63,995 bases of DNA, filler included, from Basidiobolus ranarum (GCA_040143965.1; 6 parts of 6 records of this genome joined end to end with filler, not necessarily neighbours in it), one strand, 5' to 3'. Shown: positions 10,756-26,375, numbered from the whole stretch's first letter. The notes: generated by a model not told the origin, from the sequence alone. Numbers and translations: made by a program.

Positions 10756-13700
10756 CAACACGAGTACTTTTCGCTTCGGTTTCGTCCTTATGCTCTGTGA
10801 TAAGGTCCTGCTCACGACGAGTTCGATAGAGAAACTGTGAGTCGACCACACATCATGGCAATAGTCTCTCACTGAAGTTAATGCTTTGAATACCTCAGAT
10901 ATCAAGAGAGAGATTAACACAACCGGGTAGAATCCCAGGGCACTAATGCAATTAAGCCAACTCTCATCACAAGGTGAATTGAGAAGCCCTGCCTCCATAG
11001 GGTCTAAAGTGAGTATTGATCCCCGAGAATCACGAATTTTCATATCACCTTTACTGACTCTCTATTCCTTGATGTAAATCCGGCGATATGTTTATGCACA
11101 AATGTTGCCTATATCTATATACACGGATGATCTAATTGAACAAGTGATCGAGGCAAAAAAGAAGCAAACAATAGACAAAGGTTGAATAAATGGCTATGGA
11201 CGAGGGAGGTAGTAGAGGCTATGGATCATCCAGTTAAGGGTGATGAATAGTACTCGATGGCCATCTGACGGGCGAGGAAGAAGGGAAATATTTATATGAT
11301 TGTGCATGTCGAGATGACTTTGCAGATACAAGTGGTGTCTTCGATTTTGGAATGAGGGTTTCATTCTGTAACGAGTACTATAGCTACATTTGGATCCCAA
11401 GGATCAAATGATCTATTGGTGATCATCCCACTCATACCAAACATCACGCAGACATATACACAGTCACGGCACTGCAAAACATACTAGTAACCAGACCGAA
11501 GTATCTCAATCCCTTGATCTCCAGATTCCGATTGCTGATGTTGGCTGTGTTATTGGCCTAGACAAAGGATTGGCTGACCTTTGCTGAGATAGATGCTGTT
11601 ATTCCCCATACTATGTTGTGTTTGTCTTGGTTACTGCACGTATTTCTGTTGCAATTGCTTACCGCCATTTCCATGCCCTCTTTTGGAGTATTTATACGAC
11701 TCATGGAATATACGTGCTTGATAACTAGTTGAGGAATATGCCTATATTGTTAAGCAGCCTAAGTGGGCTAGCTATACTGAGCTTGCCATACTTTCACCTA
11801 ATATTTGGACTTGGTAGCATGTATCTCATTAATCGTTGATATTGCCTAATCTGTATCAAATCATCAGCTATAATGTTTGAAAAGCCCCTTGATGCTTTCA
11901 CCAGAGCGTCCGTTGGCATTTGTTTACTTTGTCGATGTGAATACAGTACTGAATTTGCATTCTGTTGATAAGCCTAATATTGGATATGTATTTCAATTGA
12001 TGCTCCCAAAATAATAATAAGTAGAATCAATAGTGTAACTCCCATATCTGCTCATGAGAAGCACCAATGTGTTTCATCATTCTCGAAGCAACGATTGCTA
12101 GTTTGATTGGAGAGCAAATTTCATCCCATAAAATCTCCATCAAATGTGAAGAGTCTACCGAATGTTCCCAACTAGTTCCGGTAAGAACTATGAGATAAGA
12201 GAAAGGTAAACATAGTAAACCAACACTAGCCACAACAAACAAGATGATCTCAGTTGTGCATTAAGAACAACAGTATACCTGTTTCGGCCAAGATCGGTAA
12301 ATTCTTTGTTTGGATCACTGACACAGCTTAAGGCGGGGATCAGAATCTGCTGATCAAGCGAATAAGGTATGGCGATTTGGTTGCTAGCTGAAAGATGATC
12401 CGGAGTTTAGATGTACACAAAGACTGCTGTTAGGTGGCATGCTTCATGACCTTTGTGTGCAACAAACCATTCTGACTGTACACCTGCACATATTCGTTAT
12501 ATCATTTCTAAGACTCGCATCATGGGAAGGCCGAGGTTTCCATGGAAAGTCGCCCATTGCCAAATACAGAACCCTGTTTTACTTGGATTAATATAGCTCG
12601 ATTATGGAGGAATGTAAAAATAGAATTAACCCTCCAGTGGACGGTATTTTTACAACAATAATGTATTGACAAAGTCAGTGTGTTCATGACTCTTTTCGTT
12701 ATATCTTTCGATGGTGAAGTCTTGCCCACATTTGGGTTGCCGTAACCAGCAATATAATTGATATCATGGCGTGTTCACAGAATTCCAACCTCAGTGCTTT
12801 ATTTTCCTATTCAATCACGGCGAACATATCTTGGCTATAGCGGATCAAGCTCGAAATACAAGCTGTATTTGCTATTTCTAACCTATGCTCAATGTCCACT
12901 TCGATTATCTTTTCATTTTTTGGCGAAAACAATAACAACCGAGCTTCTCGCAGCTTATTCATACTATACTACCGAGAGAATCACGTTCGAAACACTGCAG
13001 AAATGAGTGCTCATCAACCACTACCTTCTCGTAGTTTCGATTTCATATGGGCGAGTTTTGTGGTCCAACGATTCATTCCATGTGGTTATAGTTTACGTAG
13101 ATTCGCCATGCTTATATCTAGCACTACATCCAACTGGGCATAATTAGCATATTTTGACAACAACAATTTGTTAGAATTTTCTTAAAATCATGGAGTGCCA
13201 TAGATTTATTTATAGAGCGCTTCACTCTTATAAGCGTCTGGGTTGCACTGACACACTGAGTAGTGCTATCAAGGCATATATGTAAGTGTTGTATTCTAAC
13301 CCATAAGCGACACTCTTTTCTCTAGTGTTGCTCAATACAGACCTCTAGGATCACAATCAACTGCCTACAAATATTTCTTGAGCCAACTGATACTTGGTGA
13401 TATTAAGCCTCATAATCATATTTTAGCCACCGGACTTGTATCTAGATCTGCTAGGGCTCAAGCTACTGGTGGCGTTGAGAGTTTCTTAGAACATAGCTAA
13501 TGCTGGTATGGCCCAATCATGCGCAGCATACCTTGTCATCATATCAATATAGTGCGATTGACATGAGTAACTCTTACACCTTTTAATGCCAATATGGGCC
13601 AATAATCGATTTGTCATACCTTATTTAGTATCTGACAATATATTTTCTATAGAATCGTAACTTTATTCCAAACAGCATTTCGACCTACAGTCATGCTCAT

Positions 13701-13906
13701 TGCCCTTTACAGTTACTATAGTAACTCTAAAGTCTGGTCCAACCAGGTTTGGAAAGGGAAATCCTCATTTTGGATTCTATCTTGTTTTGATCAACAGAGT
13801 TGAAGACTCTACTTTCCAGCATTAGGTGACCTGAATCTTTATATAAAGTCAGAAGCTGCTGAATTACTACCATATACCATTTTGAACTGAAAGTCCCACG
13901 AGCACA

Positions 13907-15163
13907 ATGGGCATTAAAAAGGTATTTCTCTTTTATCCTAGTCATCACCTGTGACATATATTCTAACAGTTACTTTGGTTGCCAAATTAGTTTTCTTTCC
14001 TTGCTCTCCTGGTCGGATTAAGTAGCCATGTGTATGCAAAATGCGAGAACTACGGAGATAAATGCCCTGAACACTCCCCTTGCTGTAGTGGCGGTTGGTG
14101 CGGCACTGGCCAACTTTGTCTTGCCACTAAGTGTGATACTGTTAATAGTTTCTCCCCCACAAGTTGCTTACCCAAACCATTGTGCATCAATTACGAAGAC
14201 ACTTTTGATACCAATAAGATAGTTCCATCCGCTTCGTTCAGCGGAGATCCCAGCATCGGATATAGCTGGACCAGTGACTTTGTCCCAAATCATGCCACGG
14301 TCGAAAATGGAAACCTCATCTTGAATATGCCTCTTGATACCGATAAGAATGCTCAAGGTAACCTTCAAGGATTTGGTGCCACTGTGTCTTCTGTTAGATG
14401 GATTCAATATGGAAAAGTGTCAGCTCGTGTCAAAGCTGCTTCTACTTCTCCGGGTGTGGTTACCGCATTCATCATTCGTAATAATGAAGGCGACGAGATC
14501 GATTTTGAATGGGTTGGAGGCCATCCTAATGAGGTGCAAACCAATTATTACTATGATGGTGTCATTGACTACACTCATGGTGGAAAGCATAACATCGGTG
14601 CCAATACTGCCACAGGCTATCATGATTATACCATAGACTGGGATGAAGAGTACATCAAATTCTATGTGGATAATAAGGTGGTCAGAACCATTTATAAGAA
14701 AGATACCTGGGACAGTGAGAAGAGTACCTATAAATTCCCCTCGAGACTAGCATTAGTTCAATTAGGTATTTGGGATGGTGGCAGTGGCGCTGAGGGTACT
14801 GTCGATTGGGCCGGAGGTAAAACCGACTGGAGTGATCCCAAGAAGGTTTACAAAGCCTATTTTGATAATGTCAAGGTTGAATGTAAATATGGTGGCAATG
14901 AAACTCAAGTTTGGCCTACTCCATCTACTACCTCTGCCACAAGCTCAACCTTAAGCATACCATCCACTACCTCAATCGCAAATTCTACGTCAGTGGCTAC
15001 CTCCAACTCGGTTAACGTACCCACTAGCTCAACAAAATCTACCACTTCTCCAACCTCAGATCTGACGTCCTCTGCTCTAGGTGGAAGTGCATCTACATAC
15101 AAAAAGATAGGGTTTGCCGTGACAGGAATAATTTCGCTTATTGTTGGTGGCTTGCTTGATTAG
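13907..15163 (+). CDS. CRH: GH16 Crh-family chitin-glucan transglycosylase with N-terminal CBM18 and probable GPI tail
   Basis: Exon 1 MGIKK (13907-13921), intron 13922-13990, then signal FSFLALLVGLSSHVYA; CCSGGWCG; catalytic DEIDFEW; S/T-rich stalk; hydrophobic C-terminus. Confidence 0.93.
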
Positions 15164-16317
15164 CCAACCAGAAAGACATGGTGTTTCTATTCATTTTAAT
15201 TATTTAATATATCCATATTTTCTGCATACCTCTTACCGATGTATATTTAGATTCCATTTCAAGCATACCCCTTGAGTTACATACAATAAATTATGTTTAA
15301 AATCTTTACTTACGTATCAAGTGGCTTTTGATGTAAGTAAGGCGTTGCTGAACTTATCTTTCAGAAATCCATCTGATAGTACTTAAAAGGCATGTTCTAT
15401 TATGTCGAGACTCAAGCAAGTGTAACGTTCTTGAACTCTCCATCTTTGATTCAATTGCACCGATCAAAAAGTAACAGCAGATAGTAAGATTTGAGACTAG
15501 TCTAGAGCTTTCCTTATTTCTATATATACTAATCGATATCTTTGCATCACTTGCAGATCCTCTTTAAGCAGAAATTTAGCATAGATTCAATGTTGCATCT
15601 TAGTGCTTATTATGGCATTCCGTAGGCTTTGAATATTCTCCAATAGCAGATATACTATTGGTTAATTTTATGGTAATGAGTTGCTCGATTATTGTTATGT
15701 TGCTAGTATTTTATGCGCAGAGTAATTTTAGAATTAGTATGCCTCTTACGGTGGCTGTCACTGTAGTTGCATGACCATATACTTAACAAGAATATACTCT
15801 CTTATAGTGTATCTGTGTTCGTACCATTTCTCCTACTACTTCAACGCTTGAGATATCGTTAAAATACGATTAGCGCACAAAAACGTCAGTAATTCATATT
15901 TTCTACACCATTATGATAATAACTTTTGATCCATCAACCAAAAGGGCCGAGAATTCTAAAGAAAACTATTAACTGTGTTTTTATCAATTACAAGACCTGT
16001 GTAAGAGTCTCATACATTTATCTCTTCATATCATGATACTTCTATTTGGAATATTGAGAAACCAATATCTGTTGAAAAGATACGTTTGCAAGAATGAAAA
16101 GGATTTCAATCAATCTTGAATATTCCGTTGGTTAATGTTCGTTAAATAGGCAACTAATTCTGTGATAACTTCACCCCTCTCGAAGTTTGCCAAACCATAT
16201 GGATAATACCGAATAGATAATCAAAATTTATTGTAGCAAATTATATAAATTAATACAGTGATATATTAAAAAAAATCCTTAGATCCAGCAAATCATAGTT
16301 ACATATGTTGATGAGTC

Positions 16318-19300
16318 TCATTCACCAAGATTTTGGTGTTGTACCATAGTAAAATATTTCTTCCTAAGTGACATGAGTTCTTGGTGACTTCCCTGTTCAA
16401 TAATAATTCCTCCTTCAAAAACAAATATACAATCCGCATTTTGAATGGTAGAGAGACGGTGGGCAACCGCGATAGTAGTGCGCCCAGATGCAGCCTAAAG
16501 AATCAACCAAGTTAGAGATGTGCATTCCAAAATCCCTCTGATCAACATTTGTACCTTATTTAAAGCACTTTGTACTAGCTTCTCACTCTGAGAATCGAGG
16601 GCTGATGTTGCCTCATCTAGCAATAGAATCTAATTTGCGTGTTAGTCAAATATTATCGATGATACCAAACAATCAAGATGAGAATACCTTAGGATCTCGA
16701 ATCAACGCTCTAGCGATCGCTATACGCTGTCTTTGCCCTCCGCTGAGTTGTGATCCCTTGGTTCCACACTCTGTATCGTATCCTTTTGGTAAAGATACAA
16801 TGTAGTCATGAATGTTCGCCTCCTTGCAGACCCTCTCTATGTCTTCTTGTGTCACGTCGTCGCGATCAGTACCGAGTAAAACATTGAATCGTATGCTACC
16901 TTGATATAGCACAGGCTCTTGACTCACTAAGGCGATACGGCTTCGATGTGTACGAATATCCAGTGTACGTATGTCACGGTCATCAATCATCACTTGTCCG
17001 TTTAGTGGGTCATAAAACCTGTCAGGTGTACGAACTTTGTTAGAGAAATTCTAGATCACAGTGATTCCATGAGAAGCTATACCTTTCGATTAAAGCGATG
17101 GCTGTGCTTTTTCCACACCCACTCTCCCCTACAAATGCACAGAATTGGCCCGGCTTAATCTAGAAATTACCGTGGGTGAGTGGACCATTGGAGAAAAATT
17201 TGATCATACTGTACAAACCATTAGATTGAGACCTTGCAAAATAGGAACCTCGGGACGAGATGGATATCTAAAATGAATATCCTTCAATTGAATACAGCCT
17301 TCAGTTTCAATGGGTCCAGTGATTAGGTCCTTTTGCTGATCTATCTTGGGTTTTTGATCGTGAAGATGAAAAATATTGCTAGCAGCAATCTTGGCTTTAG
17401 TCAAATCCGGGGCTAGAGAAAACATCTGGCCTGAGGCTTGTGCACTGAAAAGAAGGGCAGGTAGAACAATGAAGAATTGGGTAGATGTGTATTCTCCTTT
17501 ACTGATCAGTTGAGATCCCCACCTAATGTGTAAAAAATCTTCAGTAACTACCTTCGATTGATGTTTCTTCAATCGGACCTACCAATATGCCAACGCGTAA
17601 ATGAGATAGGATATACTGTATCCAAGGGCAAGCCAAAAATTCCCTGTGATGATGGACCGTAGACTATCACGATAGGGCCCCTCTAAGCTCTCATGATATA
17701 ATCGACATACATCATTCTCTCGTGAAAGGGCAACAACAGTCTGGATAGCACCTATCGCCTCACTCGCTAAAGCGGCTGATTTAACATACGCTGTTTGGTG
17801 CCGTTGCTAGAAAGTGGACACACTTCGATTAGTAAGGAAGCCCGGGATCTGGTTCTGATTTGCAACACTTACATGAAATAAAGCCAAGATTCGAACACGC
17901 AGAAAGCAAGCAACCAGCATCACTGGGACAGCTGCTAATACAACTATCGCAATTTTCCATGCTACAACGTGAGCCAAGGTGATACCAGCAATCAAATTAG
18001 TTACAATTGAAAAAATGGTGCCAATGACTACACCAGTAAGGCCACCCATATAGTTCGCATCGGCATTGATCATAGAGATCAAGGATGCGGTGGAATGAGA
18101 CTCATCATCAAACCACGACATGTCTTGACACACTATAGTTCTATATACGATGTGGTTAACAAAATCACTGCTGAAACATCCTGACATAAATAAGAAAGTA
18201 CCTAAATGATATACTACGAATTCGCCAAAGCAGCCTTTCCGAAACCCAGCCAAATACGGATCCATTAATAGAGTAAGCAAAGAATACAATTACAGCGATC
18301 ATGAAAAACCCTAATCATTGATCGGATTAATACAATTTCAAGGAAATCTACCGTAACTGAACTTACAGAAGCTGTATACATCTACGTCGGCTCGAAGTTT
18401 AGTAGGGTCATCTTTCATACTGAGTGCCTCAAGCATATGTGCAAATAAGACTGCTTCCACCGAGTAGACTCCTCCAATAATGACAGAAGCTAATTCATGT
18501 TTTGATTAGCAACAGATATTGAAATATCACAATTCTCATTATTTACTTATAATTCCGGCTAGGATATACAGAACATCTGGTCTACTAAGGGCAGCAATTC
18601 GTTTCATAAGAGCTGAGGTACCCGATTTTTTCTGCTGTGCCTCTTTCTCTGGGGCATCGACAATCAGTGGTAACGAAATAGCATTATCAAAAGCTGGAGA
18701 TTTTTCGGACATCGTCTGTTGCTGAGATTTATTCGTGCGGTCTAACTCTAATTCATCTACTAGACTTTGAGAAAGCATGAGCTCATTGTCTTTCATACTC
18801 GACTTTTCTTCATCAGCTGTTTCGTAGGAGAGGCGTTGTGTTGCCACCAATTGATAATATGCTAATTTACGTTCAATTAGTTCATCGTGCGTTCCCTGCT
18901 CGATAACTTTACCTTCAGCCCTGTATAGCAAGAATAAAACGGTTAGAATTACTTTGTACAAATCATTCGCATATCCCAACTTCAAACGCATAGATACTTA
19001 CATGACTACGATATTATCAGCATTCTTTATAGTTGCGAGGCGGTGTGCAATAATGATAGTTGTTCTATCTTTAGTTGCATGCTCAAGAGCATCTTGAATA
19101 AGACGCTCGCTGTGGGTATCAAGTGCCGAAGTAGCCTTCAGATCTTAGGTTAGCAAAGGGCACATTTGATGAAAGTACTTTGATAGGGTTTATATAGTAC
19201 TATACCTCATCTAAAAGTAGTATTTTGGGGTTCGCCACAATGGCTCGAGCTAGAGCTATCCGCTGCTTTTGACCGCCAGAGAGTAAAAGACCTCCTTCTC

Positions 19301-21218
19301 CTACAATAGTATCGTATCCCATTGGAAGTTTAGAGACGAAATTATGTGCGTTTGCCTGTCGAGCGGCTTCAACACAAAGTTCCTGAATTTTCTCTTGGGA
19401 CTCATTTAGAGAATTGTTATTTAACAACCCATGAGCAATATTATTCATTATTGAGGTGTTGAAAAGCGCAGGAGTTTGCATGACCAAGCTCATCTGGCTA
19501 CGTAGCCATTGAATATTTAAATCTTTAATGTTGGTACCGTCAAGAAATATTTCACCATCGACAGGATCGTAGAAGCGCTCAAGAAGACTCACTAAATCGA
19601 TATATTTAATCAACGTGGACCATAAAATATACACATTAGAGAATACGTAACACTTACCAATTGTCGATTTACCAGATCCAGAGACACCTACAATTGCTGT
19701 AGTTTTCCCGCTAGGTATCTTCAGGTCGATGCCTTTTAGCACCTTAGTATCTGGACGACTAGGATAAACAAAGAAAACCTTCCGGAATTCCAGAGATCCC
19801 TCACAATGGGCAAGTTTCTTTCCTTCTTTAGAAGTTACATCGATTGGTGAAGAGCGGTCAATGATTTGAAACAGCTTCTGACCAGCCCCAGACGCCAAGG
19901 AGAAGGTCTGAAGGAATGGCGAAAATTGACCGATGACAAAGGAACCTAACAAAAAAACTTAGTCCGAGATATAGAATGCAATTAAAGTATACATAATATA
20001 CGCACTATCCAAGACAAGAAAAATCACAGTATAAACTGTGCCAGCTCCTTCCAGTGAACTGGATGCAATGAGTCTAGACCCCTGCCAGAATGCCAAAGCA
20101 TTAGCGGAATAAGCTACAAAGAATATTCCTCCCAGCATCAATGCACCAGCTATAGCTTTGAATAATCCTTGACGTTGAGCAAGTAACAAGTACCGATCAT
20201 ATAACGCAGCAAGTCGATCCTGAGAATTGAATGCCTGAGCAACTCGGACGTTGGCAAATACCTCCTCAGCCAAGGTACTAGCTTTTGAATAGTGATCCGA
20301 GACGCGCACAGTATACTTCGAAATGATATATGAACCTCCAGTCATAACAATAACAAATACTGGAACGATAGAAAACAAAATCCCCGTTAAAGTAGCATTT
20401 TTGATGAAACCCACAGCGAATGCAGCTAAGAAATACGATATCGATTGAATGCAAATCCCCACTTTCTCCGATGTACCATTTTGAATGGTCTGCGTATCAC
20501 CAGTGATGCGATTAGATACCTATAACAAGGAATCAATATGGCATCGTTCTGAAAAATAACACAAATTAATACCAACCTCTCCCGCACCAAGTTTATTAAA
20601 ATATGCAATATTTTGACGCAGTACTGCCCTAAGATAATTCTCTCGGATTTGACGAGTTAACCGTTCTCCTATTAAACTCCAACATACTGTATATACATAT
20701 GTCAACAAAAAATATCCAATAGCGACATAGATGAGTTTCAAGACTTTGTCATTGATAACCTCTTTGAACATCAGAGCCTGCTCTGCTGATAGAGGTGCTG
20801 AAGACTCAGAAAACTGCTGCGAGAAGTTGTTGATGAGGTCTCCAAACAGTATTCCGATCAGTGGAAGAGGAATACCAGCACCAAGAGCGCAAACGATACC
20901 CACTACGAGGAGAAATTTGTCGAAACTCGTTGAATACCGATATAAACTGAGGTATCCCGTCTTGGGAGAAACTTCGCTATCGTCTCTCGTGCCTTCACTT
21001 TTCTCATCCAGCATGCGTCGTTGTTGCTCCTCAAGAACTGACACCGTCTCCACAGTTACCTTAAGCATCGATTCTGTGTGGTTATCAGATGATCCAGGTT
21101 GCTCATGACTTGGAGTACCTTGCTCTTTGGCGAATACCTCGCCTTCATCCCGAGTATTCGATACCTCATTCGTCGAATGGTTATCGTCGGACTGCATGTG
21201 CATAGCCGTGGTCGGCAT
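16318..21218 (-). CDS. Full-length ABCB/MDR (P-glycoprotein-like) transporter, multi-exon
   Basis: Two TMD-NBD halves: [23 protein letters not shown] and [23 protein letters not shown]; many short GT-AG introns; stop at 16318-16320. Confidence 0.96.
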
Positions 21219-21404
21219 TGTACAGTTGATATTTCGCTTTGCAAGATGTCAAAGTTTAAAATAGTTTGCGGTCAAGATTAAATCTAAAATCTCCACTTAT
21301 TTGATTTAAGCAGCGATTGGTCCTATTTTAAGACGGGGGATCTAAGGCGATTGATGGGTTTTGGGGGGATGGGGAGTCAAGCAGGTTAATCTGATTCCGG
21401 TGTT

Positions 21405-21504
21405 NNNNNNNNNNNNNNNNNNNNNNNNNNNNNNNNNNNNNNNNNNNNTTAATTAATTAANNNNNNNNNNNNNNNNNNNNNNNNNNNNNNNNNNNNNNNN
21501 NNNN
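21405..21504. other. Artificial contig linker
   Basis: N44-TTAATTAATTAA-N44. Confidence 0.98.
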
Positions 21505-21879
21505 GCGAAAACCACATTTAGAATACCAATTCCCCAATCCCATCCCTCGCAGAATTGGAGTACTATTGGAGGGAAGTCAATGCCGCCGCTACCCAAAACT
21601 TCCCAAGGCATTAAGTTGGCATTCCAATTGATGTACTTTTCATAGAAAATCGGAATTGCTATCGGGCTACTTTTGTTGGGGATTGGGGTAGAGTATGAAC
21701 TGGATTTGAATTGAATAGAGTATTTCCTGGACCTTCCCCAAATTTACTGGCATCATTAGATTCTCATCTTAGCCCCAAAAGCACACCCCGGATCAGATGG
21801 ATAATACCTTATTCATATTGAGGCAGCATTTGGTCTGTCGTCTCAGAGCTAACCTCAGTGACAAATTCTTTGAAACAAT

Positions 21880-22187
21880 ATGGGTGGATACTACGTTATT
21901 GCTGGTAAGAAGGTTATGAACGAATACGTAGGTGCTTTTACATTAATCATTGACGTAGAGCTATCGTCGTATACAGGTGTTCATTTTCACTTACGTATCT
22001 GTAATAGCTTGCTATAGGTACTCTCGTTGGTTTAGGTGCCAGTGTTTTTGCTGCCACTAAATACTCTGGCTCCAAGCAAACCGCAACCCCTATCGCCCAG
22101 AAGCCTGTTGTCGACGCTACAGTTGACGAAGAAGACTTCATTAAAGAGTTTATCAGAGCCGCTGAGGGTGACGAAACCAAGAATTAA
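21880..22187 (+). CDS. ATP19: Mitochondrial ATP synthase subunit k
   Basis: Exons 21880-21927 and 22008-22187 give MGGYYVIAGKKVMNEY-LAIGTLVGLG...DEEDFIKEFIRAAE; LAIGTL and EEDFIKEF are typical of subunit k. Not in the ORF track. Confidence 0.85.
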
Positions 22188-22719
22188 GATACCCTTTTCT
22201 ATTCACTTCATTAATCACCGCATTTTTTTCTTTCGTCTAAATTACGTGGAAACGTACTCTATATACTGGAGGTATTTAAAAGATTGAAACGAGCATGAAT
22301 CTCTTCAGTAAGAAGGACATTCATCTCCACATGTAAACCAAATAAACCATTCATAACGTGAATTCTTGTTACTACATGGCTGATGTGATCTTATCCATAC
22401 ATTCGCTAGCTACTTGTTCAAGATATTATTGCTTGTTGGAAATTGAACGTCTGGATTTCGCGATTGAAAGGACTCACGTTTGGATATTTCCGGGTCTAAC
22501 ACTAACGCAGAATTAGAAAATCATTATATAACAATTTTATAAGAGAACCCAGTCTAAGTGGCTTGAATGAAATCTACTTTATACGAAATCAATAGACCAT
22601 TTGACACGATCAAGCATAATGGTGTATATTTGATTTATCGAAATATTTCTATAAAGCAAAAAAGTGCTTTAAGGTACACATATGTTGAGATGAAAAGGGA
22701 TCGGATTTCTCTATATCTC

Positions 22720-23401
22720 TTAGTTATCATTAACAAGACCCAGAATCATTCTAAAAATCGAGGATGAAGTCTTAGTAAGAGCCGCTCAACTATTCAATAC
22801 AGTCTAGGATACTAACCTATAAAGATAATAGAAGAAGCACAGCAAATAAAATGCCATTTTGATGAAGGATTCTTTTTTGTGATTAGGGAGAGTGCGGAAA
22901 ATTTCGGTAGCATCATACATGTGCTTGCCACCAAGTAATCTGTAGTTGATAGATTCTGTTTAGCAAGCATCTGACAAATAATTGTGTCAAGAATACATAC
23001 TGTCTGGTGTTGAAGGCAACGATGGGCAAATTGATAAGCATTGCGATCCAACTACCATTCAAGAAAAGGCCTGCAAACAAGATATACTCGACGAGGTACT
23101 CGGGAAGTACAAACTAGAGAAATTTAGGTTAGGAAACTATATCATGATAAGAACATGTTGGTGTCTAAAGGTACCTGATTAAGTTTGTTGCATAGATCGA
23201 TGGGGTTAATATAATCACTTTCCAAGTCGGTCAACATGATCACCTATTATCAAACGTTAAGGAACCAAACCATAGCATGAGAGATCGAAGATCAATCACT
23301 AAAAAACATCACATCAAAAAGGATACATAAAAGACCATTCCAAATAGGAGAAGGGCTGCCAATACAAGGGCAAACAAAAACAAAAGAGCTTCTCCATTCA
23401 T
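22720..23401 (-). CDS. ERV14: Cornichon-family COPII cargo receptor
   Basis: Spliced translation: [10 protein letters not shown]...[23 protein letters not shown]...[14 protein letters not shown]...[45 protein letters not shown]. Not in the ORF track. Confidence 0.93.
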
Positions 23402-24780
23402 TGTAATTGAAGTAGTGTGTTAGTTGATACGTTAAAGGTAATCCGGGATGAACTGGCAAGAACCTCGATCGGATGAAATCACTCGAAATGCCTCAAAACC
23501 ACGTGATGATACGGCACGTAAAAAAATTGATATTTAGAGGACGCATCACAGAATATTCCAGCAATTAGGATCCAGCTGATTGATCGATCCAAATTGATTG
23601 ATGTTCATCGTTTACAAGTCATCTCGGTGGCTTGTAAGATTATAAAGTTTTTAGAGAAATATGTGGGGACACCATGTTAATACAGAAAATCTTTCCAGTT
23701 TGAAAGTATACTCATCGAATGTACCTTCTACTAGATACATAATACGTATACCCCACTGTAGCTGGAAAACAAGGGCGGTTTATATTAGGTATACATCCCA
23801 GTACTGTTTGTGCTACAGACTCTCAATACCAGCGTAGGACACACCACAGAACTTTTGGATAAGAGTTAACTAGGAATACTATCCCATAGTCCAAACAAGT
23901 ATACTTTTTACTGCTTAGGTGTAGTTAAATGATAGAACAAAACTCATCTGTTTTGCAGTATTTGGCTTAAAACTACTCTATAAATTGCCAAGTTCAAGGT
24001 GAAGGTTTACTCCTCAAAATCAGTGCCAGTTTTACCTCATCTTTAAAGAACGTGTTATAGGATTCTGCCTCCGTTTCAGTGGATTATGCTTTAGAGTTTG
24101 AGAAACACAGAAAATGTTGGGCTCCCATTAGCATACGAGAGAAACGTTTCTCAGCTCTAAATTTCGGTTTAACAAAGTAGTGACTTTGAACTTGGGCAAA
24201 TGATATTTGCTCGTTGCATAATAAATAAAAAATGAATCACATAAACTAAGGCAGGTTAAAGGTACAATGTTAGAAACAATTTGCATTGATGTATGTCCTA
24301 AGCAAAACTCTAGCGTCGGGTGTTGTCGGAGACACCGCAAGAAGCATTGATCACATATGTAGATTAAGCAATATTGTTTTTACATGATATGCATGAATAA
24401 TGGCTCGAGATTTCCAAGCACTATGATCTCGGTGTGTTTAGTTGCAGGATCTAGGGTTGGGAGATTGTTACCGTTTCAAGTGAGAAATTTCAATTATGCA
24501 TGTCGTATCTTTCTGACAATTGCTAGTGATAGGGATGTGTATGACAATGGTGAGAACTTAGGATTGCCGATAAGAGATAAAGTTGGAAAGATTCAAGCTA
24601 TCACATACATTGCTGAATGTTCAATGTACCTGTTTGATACAACAGTCTAGACAAGAATCATCTGATAGCATTCCACGTCTTTCTTCTTTGCACTCAGTAT
24701 TCTATAAATAGGACGGTCTAATTCGATAGAACAACATTTTTGGTGATTGCTTTGAACTCTTTTAGCAGTAGCAAACAAGC

Positions 24781-25074
24781 ATGTTCCTTCGTACTATTCT
24801 CCAGTCAGGATTCACCTACAACTTCCGTCGTATTGCCGGATCCCGATCAGTAGCGACTGTTCACCGCTCGTACACCAATATCAGTTCGATTAAAGATCCC
24901 GAGAGCACATTCGACGAACGCGAACATCATAGACATCTTGTCAATATTTTAAATAGCTCTTCCGACGACGATTGGAGTATCAAATCCGTCCAAAACCACC
25001 CCATATCTGCTCCTACACCAGCTCCCCTAGACCTCTCTCAGGATATTGTTTGGAATGATCTTACTCAAGACTGA
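24781..25074 (+). CDS. Small protein with predicted mitochondrial presequence; paralog of 26376-26690
   Basis: TATAAATA at 24703; Arg/Ser-rich acid-free N-terminus; shared HH...L..SSDDDW...NH...W.DL.Q motif. Confidence 0.75.
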   Translation: MFLRTILQSGFTYNFRRIAGSRSVATVHRSYTNISSIKDPESTFDEREHHRHLVNILNSSSDDDWSIKSVQNHPISAPTPAPLDLSQDIVWNDLTQD

Positions 25075-26375
25075 GATCTCATCAATCTCTTGAGCTACGT
25101 TAATAGCGACTATTTAGATTCGATATTGTCTCCGTCGACTTTTCTTAGCTCCACATGTATAAAACACTGGGCTACTGCGCCAGATGTTTACTCAACCTTG
25201 GGGTGGCTCTCACCGAAGATTCTTTGAGTTTCCTCACTTGCACCCTGTACTTTAAATTATCACTTATCTTAAATCAAATCTACTGACAATTAGTAAACTC
25301 AGAATATCAATGACAGGACTTGCTTTAAAGATTGTCCAATTACTAGATACATGTTAAAACCAAATAGTGTTTTCAGAAACGGTGCTTAAATCGTAATATA
25401 AGTTTGCAGTTCTTACCCTTAAATAAGAGAGCAAATCAGATATAGAGTTGTTGAGAAGTTGTATCTTTGGGGACTCACATCTTATGTGCAGTCTGGCTAC
25501 AATACTGGCAGTCCTGCACACGGAAGCCACACCTATGCAGCATGAGGTTGTATCATATTCAATCAGATAAACATCGATTACCTCACACTCAGCTTGAACT
25601 ACATGGAGATTCTAATGAGGGAGACCTTGTATCAACCATCTTCCAAAAGTGGTTCCACTTAATGAGATCGTGTTGAATGGTCCACACAGACTCCATGTGG
25701 TTAGGAGGATCGGATCACACATTGTCCTTGTGTGAACCAGTCAATTCGTGGCTGATAAGGGAGGATATGTGGTGGAGATAGTCAGATGACTACGAATTTG
25801 AGTCAAACAACGTGTTCATAATTTCGCATGGAATATGTATGATTTCTTAATATGCATTGGCTATGGTATGACTACTCCTATTGAGAATAGAATATCTCCT
25901 TTGTCGGATGGAGTTCATTCGGTTAAGGTTACGGTCACCTGCCTTGAAACTATTATTTCGAACATTTCATGCGTATATTTACAGACTCATCAATGCATAG
26001 TGTGATACCAAATGAGTATCTGCTGGCTCGTATCAATCATGGATCCCCCATTGCAGATGGAACTCCTAGAAAAGCCATGGTAAGGCAAATCTCTGATATT
26101 CTGCTACGTGTGTTCCAGCCTGGGAGAGGCCAAACAGGCTTAGCCATCTAATCCCTCACACTTGGTGAGATTTAGGATCATTGTGACACTTATCTGAATA
26201 ACAATTGTTAATCTTTGAAACACAAGGTGAATCCAAGCAATTCGGGATCCTATAGGAGGGCCTCGGAAGGAATAGGAAAGGATTCGCTCTGCTTTATGTA
26301 TAAATTCAATGCCACAGACGTGTAAGTCTACTCAAAGTTGAACTCTCCCAACTCAAGCCAATAAACCTTAACGCT